Shown: piece by piece, positions 22,476 through 32,840 of the stretch | Numbering within the stretch: the stretch's first letter is position 1 | How the letters are laid out: each line of letters opens with the position of its first letter | Assembly: GCF_004010195.1 (NCBI RefSeq) | Contig: NC_057719.1 | Location: forward strand, 53,917,199 to 53,953,319 | DNA: 36,121 nt | Origin: Chiloscyllium plagiosum | Taxonomy: Eukaryota | Direction: 5' to 3' | The notes under the pieces: generated by a model | What the model was told of the DNA's origin: nothing | Databases searched by the model: none | Seen by the model: only the letters and a program-made list of their open reading frames with translations | Made by a program: the position numbers and the translations under genes

Positions 22476-22976
22476 ACAGAAAAATGCATAGTTTTTTTTA
22501 AGTGTAGCCTTACTTAAATCTACAATAGTGGGTAGACTGTTCTTTCTTAATTATATGTATTATTGAGATAATTCATTAAATTTTAAAAATATAAGCTATA
22601 AGTATTAAGTTAGCCTGGAGCACTGTTTTTTAGAGCAATAAGACAGTGTTATTTTCTGGGTCTATAGAATGTTAAGGTGCAAAGATGGCCTATAGTAGAG
22701 TGATGTGGTCTTCCTGTCAGATGTGGGAGTTTAGGGAGACCTTCCATGTCATTGATGATCATTTCTGCAGGAAGTGTCCTTGGTTGCAAATCCTACTATA
22801 TTGTGTAGATCGGTTGGAACAGCAGTAGGGGCAATAAAGAACTTACAGGAACTAGGGGTTGTGATGGATGGCAGTTACAGAAAGGGAGAAAAACTACAGA
22901 TACAGTCAGATAGATGGGTGAACCTAATGAAAGAAAGGAGGGGCAGACAGGTAGTGCAGGAGTCTCCAGTGGTTAT

Positions 22977-23077
22977 GTCGTTCCTGAAGAAGGGCCTGTG
23001 CCCGAAACGTCGAATCTCCTGTTCCCTGGATGCTGCCTGACCTGCTGTGCTGTTCCAGCAATAAAGTTTCAACTCCT
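22977..23077 (+). mobile_element. 101-bp Penelope-like terminal repeat insertion with intact hammerhead core and 14-bp TSD
   Basis: TSD TCTCCAGTGGTTAT at 22963-22976 and 23078-23091. Core: TTC-CTGAAGA-A-GGGC-CTGT-GCCC-GAAA-CGTC-GAA. Confidence 0.8.
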
Positions 23078-25613
23078 TCTCCAGTGGTTATCCCCATCTC
23101 AAACAAGTATGCTGTTTTGGAAAATGTAAGGGGTGATGGACTCTCAGGGGAATGTAGCATGAACAACCAAGTTTCTGGTATCGAGACAGACTCTAATGAA
23201 TTGTGGGGTACATTGGGTTCCAAGTGATCGATTATAGAACAATACAGCACAGAACAGGTCCTTCAGCCCTCAACTGGTACAGTTGGATAAGGGACTCTCT
23301 AGTCGGGGCAAAGACAGACATTTCTGTGGCTGACAGTGAAAAATCAGAATAGTGCGTTGCCTCCCTGATGCCAGGATCAAGGATATCTCAGAGAGGGTGT
23401 AGAATGTTCTCAAAGGGGACAGGGACCAACAGAAGGTCATTGCACACATCGGAACTAACGACACAGGGAAAAGGATGAAATTTGGAAGGGAGAACAGAGA
23501 AAGTTGGGCAGGAATTTAAAAAGGAGGTTCTCAAGGGTAGTAAAATCTGGATTACTCCTGGCCCTACAAGCTAGTGAGAGTAGGAATAGGAGGATAGAAG
23601 AGATGAATGCATGGCTGAGGACCTGGTGCAGAGGAGAAAAGTTCACATTTTTGTATCATTGGAATCTCTTCTGGGGTATAAGTGACCTATATAAGAACGA
23701 GGGATTGCACCTGAATAAAAATGGGACTAAAATATTGGCAGGGAGATTTGCTAAAGATGCACAGGAAAATTTAAACTAGTAAGGTGTGGGGGTGGGGGTT
23801 GGACCCAGAGAAATAGTAAGGAAAAAGATCAAACTAAGATTGGTACAGTTGGAAAAAGGAGTGAGTCAAACAGTCAGGGCAGGCAGTGACAAAGCAGAGA
23901 AAAAGGTAGGACTGCTAAATTAAACTGCATTTATTTCAAAGCAAGAGGCTGAACATGTATGGCAGAAGAACTCAGGGCATGGTTAGGATGATGGGAATGG
24001 GCTTTCATAGCAATTACAGAAATGTGGCTCAGGGATGGACAGGACTGGGAGTTTAATGTTGCATGATATAGATGCTATAGGAAGGGTAGAAAGGGGGGCA
24101 AGAGTGGAAGGGGAGTGGCGTTTTTGATAAGGGATAGCATTATGACTGTACTTAGGGATGATATTCCTGGGAATAAGTTCAGAGAAGGTATTTGGATGGA
24201 AATGAGAAATAGGAAAGGGATGATCACCTTATTGGGATTGTATTATAGACCTCCCAATAGTCAGTGCGAAATTGAGAAACAAACTTGTAAGGAGATCTAA
24301 GTTATCTATAAGAATAATAGGGTAGTTATGTTTGAGGATATTACCTTTTCAAACATAGACTGGGACTGCCATAGTGTAAAGGGTTTAGATGGAGAGGAAT
24401 TTGTTAAGTGTGTACAAGAAAACTTTCTGATTCAGTATGTGAATGTACCTACTAGAGAAGGTGCAAAACTTGACCTACTCTTGGGAAATAAGGCAGGGCA
24501 GGTGACTGAGGTGTCAGTGGGGGAGCACTTTGGGGCCAGCGACCATAATTCTATTAATTTTAAAATATGATGGAAAAGGATAGACCAGATGTAGAAGTTG
24601 AAGTTCTAAATTGGAGGACTGTCAATTTTGATAGCATTAGGCAAGAACTTTCAAAAGTTGTTTGGGTTGGATGTTCGCAGGTAAAGGAACAACTGGAAAA
24701 TGGGAAGCCTTCAAAAATAAGATAGTGAGAGTCCAGAGACAGTATATTCCTGCTACAGTGAAAGGAAAGGCTGGTAGATGTAGGAAATGCTGGATGATTA
24801 GAGGAATTGAGGTTTTGGTTAAGAAAAAGAAGGAAGCACATGTCAGGTATATACAGGAGAGATTGAGTGAATCCTTAGAAGGGTATAAAGGCAGTAGGTG
24901 TATACTTAAGCGAGAAATCAGGAGGGCAAAAAGGGGACATGAAATAGCTTTGGCAAATAGTGTTAAGGAGAATCCAAAGGAATTTTAGAAATATATTAAG
25001 GACTAAAGGGAGAGAATAGGGCACCTCAAGATCAGCAAGGCAGCTTCTGTGTGGAACAACGAGATGGGGGAGATACTAAACGAGTATTCTGCATTAGTGT
25101 TTATTGTGGAGAAGGACATGGAAGATATCAAATGTGGAGAAATAGATAGTGACGTATTGAAAACTGTCTATATTACAGAGGAAGAGTTGCTGGATGTCTT
25201 AAAACGCATAAAAATGGATAAATCTCCAGGTCCTGATCATGTGTCTCCAAGAACTCTGTGGGAAGCTAGGGAAGTGATTTCTAGGCCCCTTGCTGAGATA
25301 TTTGTATCATTGATAGTCACGGGTAAGGTCCTCGAAGACTGGAGGTTGGCTAACATGGTACCACTATTGAATAAATGTGGCAAGGAAAAGCCAGGGAACT
25401 ATAGACCGGTAAGCCTGTCATCGATGGTGGGCAAGTTGTTGGAGGGAATCTTGAGGGACAGGATTTCCATGTATTTGGAAAGGCATGGACAGATTAGGGA
25501 TAGTCAACATGGCTTTGTGAGTGGGAAATCATGGCTCACAAACTTGATTGAATGTTTTGAAGAAATAGTGAATAGAATTGATGAGGGCAGAGTGGTGGAA
25601 GTGATTTATATGA

Positions 25614-26568
25614 TCAAAGTTTGTGCAAAGATTTGTAGCTCGGGTGCTTGTTGTTGTGGTTCTGTTCGCCGAGCTGGAAGTTTTCGTTGCAAATGTTTCG
25701 TCCCCTGGCTAGGCGACATCATCAGTGCTTGGGAGCCTCCTGCGAAGCACTTCTTTGATGTTTCCTCCGGTGTTTATAGTGGTCTGTCCCTGCCGCTTCC
25801 GGTTGAAGACAGGAAGGCAGCTAACGTGCATTCCTTGCATGGTATTTTGTACACTACATTCGTTTTGCTCATGTTGGGTATCGGGTCCTTCGTTGTGGTG
25901 AGTTGTTGTCTGAGCGTGGCTGTTGGTTTGTGTGCTGTTATGAGTCCTAGGGGTCGCAGTAGTTCTGGCTGTCAGTTCTGAGATGCTCCTGATGGATGGT
26001 AGTTTGGCTAGTCCTTTTGGTTGTGGTATGTCCTCGTTCCGTGGTCTTTCTCTTAGTCATTTGTTGATGAAGTTGCGCGGGTATCCGTTTTTGGCGAATA
26101 CCTTGTATTGGTGTTCCTCTTCTTCTTTTTGCAGTCCTGGTGTACTGCCGTGTGTTGTGGCCCTTTTGAATAGTGTCCTGGTGCAGCTTTGTTTGTGTGT
26201 GTTGGGGTGGTTACTTTCATAGTTTAGGACTTGGTCTGTGTGTGTGGCTTTCCTGTATACCCTTGTAGTGAATTCTCTGTTCGGTGTTCTCTGTACCATC
26301 ACGTCTAGGAATGGGAGTTGGTTGTCCTTTTCTTCTTCTCTCGTGAATCAGATTCCTGTGAGTGTGGCGTTGATGATCCGGTGTGTTTTTTCTATTTCCG
26401 TGTTTTTAATGATTACAAACGTGTCATCGACATATCTGACCCAGAGTTTGGGTTGAATTTGTGGTAGGACTGTTTGTTCTAACCTTTGCATAACTGCCTC
26501 TGCTATGAGTCCCGAGATTGGTGATCCCATGGGTTCCGTTGATTTGTTCGTATATCTGGTTGTTGAAT
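25614..26568 (-). mobile_element. Penelope-like element (RT plus GIY-YIG remnant and terminal repeat), 5'-truncated, inserted in the CR1 RT
   Basis: MGSPISGLIAEAVM, WVRYVDDTF, VYRKATHTDQVLNYESNHP, KNGYP, NVVYKIPCKEC. TSD GTGATTTATATGA at 25601-25613 and 26569-26581. Confidence 0.92.
25688..25728 (-). ncRNA. Minimal hammerhead ribozyme motif in the Penelope 3' terminal repeat
   Basis: Minus strand GCA-CTGATGA-T-GTC(GCCTAGCCAGGG)GAC-GAAA-CATT-TGC, on the same strand as the PLE ORF. Confidence 0.7.
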
Positions 26569-27448
26569 GTGATTTATATGAACTTCAGTAAAGCGTTTGA
26601 CACGTTTCCTCATGGTAAACTGGTTAGCAAGGTTAAATCTCAAGGAACACAGTGAGAACTAGCCACTTGGATGCAGAACTGGCTGGAAGGTTAAAGACAG
26701 AGGGTGATGATGGAGGGTTGCTTTTCAGATTGGAAGCCTGTCACCAGTGGTGTGTCACAATGATCGGAGCTGAGTCCACTGCTTTTCGTCATTTATATAA
26801 ATGGTGCAGATGTGTACATAGAAGGTATAGTTAATAAGTTTACAAATGACACCAAAATGGGAGGTATAGTGGACAGTGAAGAAGGTTATCTCAGATTATA
26901 ATGGGATCTTGATCAGATGGGCCAATTGGCTGAGAAGTGGCTGATGGAGTTTAATTTAGATAAATGTGAGGTGCTGCATTTTGGAAAAACAAATCAGAGC
27001 AAGACTTATACACTTAATGGTAAGGTTCTGGGGAGTTTGATGAATAAAGAGACATTAGAGTGTGGGTTCCTAGCTCCTTGAAAGTGGAGTCGCAGGTAGA
27101 TTCGATAGTGAAGAAGGCATTTGGTATGCTTTCCTTTATTGGTCAGAGTATTGAGTACAGGAGTTAGGAGGTCATGTACAGGACATTGATTAGACCACTT
27201 TTGGAATACAGCGTGCACTTTTGGATCCCTTTGTATCCGAAGGATGTTGTGAAATTTGAAACGGTTCAAAAAAGATTTCCAAGGATGCCAGCGTTGGAGG
27301 ATTTGAGCTATAGGGAGAAGCTGAATAGGCTGGGGCTGTTTTCCCAGGAACGTCGGGGGCTGAGGGATGACCTTATAGAGGTTTATAAAATCATGAGGGG
27401 CATGATCCCGGCCATCGCAGTGTCGTGGTTTCTAAATTGAATTTTAGT

Positions 27449-27770
27449 GGGCGGCACGTGGCACAGTGGTTAGCACTGCTGCCTCACAGCGCCAGAGACC
27501 CGGATTCAATTCCCGCCTTAGGCGACTGAGATGTTGTGTGGAGTTTGCACGTTCTCCCCGTGTCTGCGTGGGTTTCCTCCGGGTGCTCCGGTTTCCTCCC
27601 ACAGTCCAAAGATGTGCAGGTCAGGTGAATTGGCCATGCTAAATTGCCCATAGTGTTAGGTAAGGGGTAAATGTAGGGGTATGGGTGGGTTGCGCTTCGG
27701 CGGGGCGGTGTGGACTTGTTGGGCCGAAGGGCCTGTTTCCACACTGTAATGTAATCTAAAAAATCTAATC
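27449..27770 (+). mobile_element. HE1-type SINE, full length, CpG-rich (young), inserted in the CR1 3' region
   Basis: GGGCGGCACGTGGCACAGTGGTTAGCACTGCTGCCTCACAG, B-box-like GATTCAATTCC, tail GTAATCTAAAAAATCTAATC. Confidence 0.93.
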
Positions 27771-28159
27771 CTGAACAGGGGAAATACACAAAGTCTTTTC
27801 CCTGGGGTGGGGGAGTCCAGAACTAGAGGGCATAGATTTAAAGTAAGCAGGGAAAGATTTAAAAGGGACCTAAGGGGCAACTTTTTCACACAGGGTGGTG
27901 TGTGTGTGTGTGGAATGAGCTGGCAGATGAAGTGGTGGAGGCTGGTACAATTGCAACATTTAAAAGTCATTCGGATGGGTATATGAATAGGAAGGGTTTA
28001 GAGGGGCATGGGCCAAGTGCTGGCAAATGGGACTAGATTAGGTTAGGATATCTGGTCGGCAAAGACAAGTTGGACCAAAGGATCTGTTTCCATGCTATAC
28101 ATCTCTACGAATCTATAACTCAATGATACAACATTTTTCAATTAGAAAATGGCTGTCTG

Positions 28160-28525
28160 AGTGGATGGAAAAGTGGCTGAGTGGTTAGCACTGCTGCCTC
28201 CCAGTGCCAGGGACCCAGACTTAATTGTACCCTCAGGTGATTGCGTGGAGCTTGCACATTCTCCCTTTGTCTGTGTGGGCTTCCTCTGTTCTCCTGTTGC
28301 CCTTCACAGTTGAGAGATGTCAGGTTAGGTGGATTAGCCATGCTAAATTGCTCATGGAGTCCAGGAATGTGTAGGTTAGATGGATAAGCCATGGAAAATG
28401 CAGGGTTACAGGTTTAAAGTGACGGGGGGAATAGGTTTGGGTGAGATGTTGTTCAGAGAGTGGTTATGGACTTGATGGGTTGAATAGCCTGCTTCCACAC
28501 AGTAGGGATTCTATAAATCTCTGAT
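28160..28525 (+). mobile_element. Older HE1-like SINE
   Basis: GTGGCTGAGTGGTTAGCACTGCTGCCTC head, GCCATGCTAAATTG core, GTAGGGATTCTAT tail. Confidence 0.85.
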
Positions 28526-28534
28526 CTCTGCAGG

Positions 28535-29585
28535 AAGTGGTCAGAGGCCGTGAGTGAAGCGGGGATGGCCAACAGCCTGGATCGGAGTGGGGAGGGTGGC
28601 CAGCGGCCCAGAGTGGGGTGGGGAGGGTGGCCAGCGGCCCAGAGTGGGGTGGGGAGGGTGGCCAGCGGCCCGGAGCAGAGTGGGGATGGCCAGTGGCCCG
28701 GATCGGAGTGGGGATGGCCAGTGGTGTGGAGCAGAGTGAGGATGACCAGTGGCCCACAGCAGAGTGAGGATGACCAGAGGCCCGGATTGGAGTGACGATG
28801 GCCAGAGGCCCAGAGCAGAGTAGGAATGGCGAATGGCCCGGAGCGGGGTGGGGATGGCCAGCGGCCTGGAGCAGGGTGGGGATGGCCAGCGGCCCGGAGC
28901 GGAGTGGGGATGGCCAGCGGCCCGGAGCGGAGTGTGGATGGCCAGCGGCCCGGAGCGGAGTGTGGATGGCCAGCGGCCCGGAGCGGGGTGGGGATGGCCA
29001 GCGGCCCGGAGCGGAGTGAGGATGGCCAGCGGCCCGGAGCGGGGTGGGGATGGCCAGCGGCCCGGAGCGGAGTGTGGATGGCCAGCGGCCCGGAGCGGAG
29101 TGTGGATGGCCAGCGGCCCGGAGCGGGGTGGGGATGGCCAGCGGCCCGGAGCGGAGTGTGGATGGCCAGCGGCCCGGAGCGGAGTGTGGATGGCCAGCGG
29201 CCCGGAGCGGGGTGGGGATGGCCAGCGGCCCGGAGCGGAGTGTGGATGGCCAGCGGCCCGGAGCGGAGTGTGGATGGCCAGCGGCCCGGATCAGAGTGAG
29301 GATGGCCAGCGGCCCGGATCAGAGTGAGGATGGCCAGCGGCCCGGAGCAGGGTGGGGATGGCCAGCGGCCCGGAGCGGGGTGGGGATGGCCAGCGGCCCA
29401 CAGCAGAGTGAGGATGGCCAGAGGCCCGGATTGGAGTGGGGATGGCCAGTAGCCCAGAGCAGAGTAGGAATGGCCAATGGTGCGGATCAGAGCGGGGATG
29501 GCTAGCAGCCCGGAGCAGAGTGGGGATGGCCCGTGGCCCAGAGTGGAGTGGAGATGGCCAGCGGCCTGGAGTGAAGATGGCTACT
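28535..29585. repeat. GC-rich 28-bp minisatellite (about 37 units), consensus GGATGGCCAGCGGCCCGGAGCGGAGTG[T/G]
   Basis: Directly visible tandem array with a homogeneous centre and diverged edges. Confidence 0.97.
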
Positions 29586-29879
29586 GGTTGGGAACCGGTG
29601 GAATTCGGTCAGACCATGTGGAAGCCCTTCTAGAAAGATTGCAATGTCTATCTTTTTAGCTTTATTCTCATTTTCCTAGCTTCTGCTACATTGTCCTATA
29701 CTTATATCTGTAATGTAGCATTACATTTTCTCTTTATTTTTTGATTTTTTTTGTACCTAAGATACTTTGTACTTAAGATGTTCAATGCCATGTGTTGGCA
29801 ACATTTCACTTTTCACTGCAACCCTGTTCTTTTGTAACTTGAGTACATGTGACAATAAACCTAATTCTAATTCTAATAG

Positions 29880-30215
29880 TGTTCCTGTTAGCTTATTGCA
29901 CCTGTATGTAAGTTTCCAATGAATTATCAACAAGGACGCCTAGGTCCCTTTGCACATCCACAGTTTCTAAACTCTTATAATTTAAGAAATACTCTGCACA
30001 TTTGTTTCTCCAAACGTAACCTCACGTTTTCCACAACACGTTCCACCTGCTGTTTACCTGTGCATTCACTAAGCCTGTCCAACTTCTCCTGAAGTTGCTT
30101 TGTGTCTTCCTATCAACACATCTACCCACTTCAATATATAGTATCTGTAAATTTGGAACTATTGCATTTGGTCCCTATCTCCAAATCATTGATACATATT
30201 GTGAATAGCTGGGTA
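29880..30215 (-). mobile_element. CR1 RT fragment
   Basis: Reverse complement gives QLFTICINDLE..KFTD and RDLGVLVD-type CR1 motifs. Confidence 0.75.
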
Positions 30216-30579
30216 CAGTCATGGTCAGGGTCACTCCACTACCCACTTTGGCTATTTCTGCCTTTCTGTGGACCATTTTCTCCTGGAATAAGACAAATAG
30301 TGATTTAAATATGACTGGACTACTTACGGGTTTTGGTACAGGTGCAGTGAGATGTACCACACATGTGAATAATGACAAGCTGTGGAGGGTTAGTCGCCTA
30401 GGCTTTTGGGGATGAGGTGGGGGCAGGGTGGGGGGAGTGTGGATGGGTGAGACCAAGTGAGGAAAGACATTGAAAATCACAGCGGAAATAGTCAAGCTTG
30501 AGTGTTGGTGCGAGGTGGGTATAGTAGCAAAAATAGGGTGAGTGTGAGATAGCAGAAACAATGTTATGGCACTTAATGT

Positions 30580-30813
30580 GGCAGAGTGAAGAGGTCAGTG
30601 ATCTTCTTGTGATATGGCTGGGTGTTCTTCTGGATGGCTAAATGCCACACTAACTGTAGGGGCAACTTTGGACCAGACTGCCAGGGTCTGATATTGTGGC
30701 TCCCTCAGCCAGTTCTGGGGCAAGAGAATATCCCTTCTCTGCATCACACCATCCACTCAGATCTCCAGGTGCCTGACCTCAAAGCAGAATGCCAATTTCC
30801 CCTTATCTGCCAT
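30580..30813 (-). pseudogene. Myb/SANT-like (trihelix) DNA-binding ORF remnant of a Harbinger-type transposon
   Basis: MADKGKLAFCFEVRHLEI*VDGVMQRRDILLPQNWLREPQYQTLAVWSKVAPTVSVA/[fs]IQKNTQPYHKKITDL fits the F...L..L....IL...W..VA..V....R...QC.KK..DL pattern. Possible TIR end GGAAAATTTGGCCC near 31396-31408. Confidence 0.65.
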
Positions 30814-31058
30814 GTTCAGGGCAACAGTCGTGAAATGTGTAGGGCTGGTCTAGGTTGCTAGCCCATGATTGGGTGCACAACAGGCTTTTAAAGAGGTATC
30901 CTTAAATGTCCTGGCATTTGTACCTCCACTAATCATGTGTGAGTTAATTGGGCTTGCATTAGACAAGAGGGGACCCATAGGCTAGGTTAAGTAGTTCATG
31001 AGGTGAGTTGGGATGACTATGCAGTAAAATCCATCCAGCCTCATGGAGTGAACCTCAT

Positions 31059-31367
31059 GGGGGCACGGTGGCTCAGTGGTTAGCATTGTTGATAGGTTCG
31101 ATTCCATCTCGGGTGACTAATCATGTGGAGTTTGCACGTTCTCTCCATGTCTGCCTCCTCCCTCAATCCAAAGATGCGCAGGTGAGGTAAATTGGCCATG
31201 CTAAATTGCCCATAGTGTCTAAGGATGTGTAGGTTGGATACATTAGGCAGGGATAAATGTAGAGTAACAAGGTGGGGAGTGGGTCTTGGTGGGTTACTCT
31301 TCAGAAGGTTGGTGTGGACTTATTGGGCCAAAGCGTCTATTCCCACACTGTAGGGATTCTATGATTC
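31059..31367 (+). mobile_element. HE1-like SINE with internal deletions
   Basis: GGGGGCACGGTGGCTCAGTGGTTAGCA, B-box GGTTCGATTCC, tail GTAGGGATTCTATGATTCT. Confidence 0.88.
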
Positions 31368-32659
31368 TCTCTGGAAAATTGACAGTATAAGTATGGGAAA
31401 ATTTGGCCCAATATTTCAAAATTAACTGATACTAGCACACAAATGCTTAATGTTTTTTGCATGTTTATAAAATAAAAGTTGTTTGTCTGCTTTTGATTTT
31501 GCTTCTGTTGATAACCCTCACCCTGATTCAGTTTTAATCTGATTCAGTTATGCTAATACAGACTTTTTCCAATATAATGTCCTCACAATCCAAAATTATT
31601 CTCAAATCAAAGCAGAAATTTACCCTTGCTCACTTGTGCTGTATAACTGCCACTGATTTAAACATTTGCAAAAATGTATTCATGGAGAGAAATTTTGCTT
31701 AACTGGCAACATAATGATGAAAATTTCAACATAATGATGAAAATGTTTGACCTTTTACTTTCACCAATTTCTATGCAAGACTGTAAAATATTTTTTGTAT
31801 GAAACATGTCATGTTAACACTCTGTTTACCCTCATTAATATGCCACAATGTCTTGGACACCTTTGTTATTGGATTAAAATACATTGCATTACTGAGAAGG
31901 CATGTCTGAAATTAACTAGTCAGGTACACAATTTTGCTATCTTTTTCTAAGTATGGAATCAAATCAAACTATTGTCATTTTTTGTTTAATATTGACACAT
32001 GAAACATTGTTTCATTAAAATGTTACATATGAAATAGGGAACATATATTGTTTCCAACATTGCAAAATTTACTACAATGACATTTGTCAATTGATATCCT
32101 CTTCTATAGCCTACATGTCCCATGCTGAAGGTTTGCATATTAACTAGACTAATTAACGTTAGCTGCACTTGCAGTTGACAACCTCGCTGGCCACACCTAA
32201 TGTTTCAGAGGTTTCTGAGCAGGCATTTAGCATCTTACTGGAGTGGTTCTGGTACTTTCCAGTGCTGCTTCAGCTTGGCTGCTAACACTGGGTACGTTGG
32301 CCGAGGCATTGCAGGTTTATCAGTCAGACAGCAGTTCCCTCCCTTCCTGCAGGCCCATGGCTCAGCTGCGGTACAGCCAGCACACTTTGCTGTAGGTCTC
32401 AGCAGCTCACAAAACCCTTTTACCTGTGGTTGACCTGAAGGAGATCCAATATTTCTGTCACAAGTTACCACCGCACAACCACCCAGAGCTCCAGGTCTGG
32501 TGCTTGGCATTTTATAATTTTCCATTCCTCCTCCTTGGTCAGTGCAATGGTGCAGTTTCTAAGAATATTTGACCTTGCCACCCCCAGGGGCACTCTGGCT
32601 TGGAACTCAGACATAGAAGCTGACAAATGTTCCCATCGGAATATGACAAATAGTGAAAC

Positions 32660-32840
32660 AACAATAGAAACTGCTGGAAAAGCTCAGCAGGCCCATCAAG
32701 ATTTGTCCCCAGAAAGGTCTGGGGAAGTGTCACGTGACCTGAAACATTAAGTCTGATTTGTCTCCACAAATGCTGCCAGACCGTCTGAGTTTTTCCAACT
32801 GTTTATGTTGCTGTTTCTGACTTACAGCATGGACATTTTT
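32660..32840 (+). mobile_element. Older Penelope-like terminal repeat with decayed hammerhead and inverted 5' segment
   Basis: CTGGGGAAGTGTCACGTGACCTGAAACATT (decayed CTGAnGA-stem-GAAA). AAACTGCTGGAAAAGCTCAG is imperfectly inverted to CTGAGTTTTTCCAACTGTTT. Confidence 0.5.

Larger units (their letters stand above)
22476..28122 (+). mobile_element. Near full-length CR1/HER1-type LINE (5' UTR, ORF1, ORF2, tail), inactivated and carrying four nested insertions
   Basis: ORF1 from ATG 22685: SCQMWEF..HFCRKC zinc finger, HIGTND and EGLHLN esterase motifs. ORF2: ITEMWL, YYRPPNS, GASDHN, KSPGPD, PGNYRPVSL, SQHGF, LIRPLLEYSVHFW. Tail ...CATCTCTACGAATCTATAACT. Many stops and frameshifts. Confidence 0.93.

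Noticed and set aside
25049..25981. 310-aa ORF as a novel RT fusion protein
   Set aside because: CR1 RT reading into the antisense strand of the inserted Penelope element. The junction coincides with the TSD.
27449..27520. tRNA genes at SINE heads (also 16420-16491, 31059-31110, 5400-5457)
   Set aside because: A and B boxes are present, but the sequences continue into SINE bodies and I cannot fold a full cloverleaf.
28550..29633. Repetitive ORFs, or a CRISPR-like array
   Set aside because: Pure tandem 28-bp units with no unique spacers. The ORFs arise from a stop-poor repeat, and the context is eukaryotic.
31707..31744. 20-bp tandem duplication CAACATAATGATGAAAAT
   Set aside because: Real, but an ordinary local slippage duplication with no further structure.
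32160..32530. GC-richer segment with ORFs on both strands as a host exon
   Set aside because: No recognisable protein and no convincing splice-site pair. It may be a decayed transposon ORF, but I cannot support a call.
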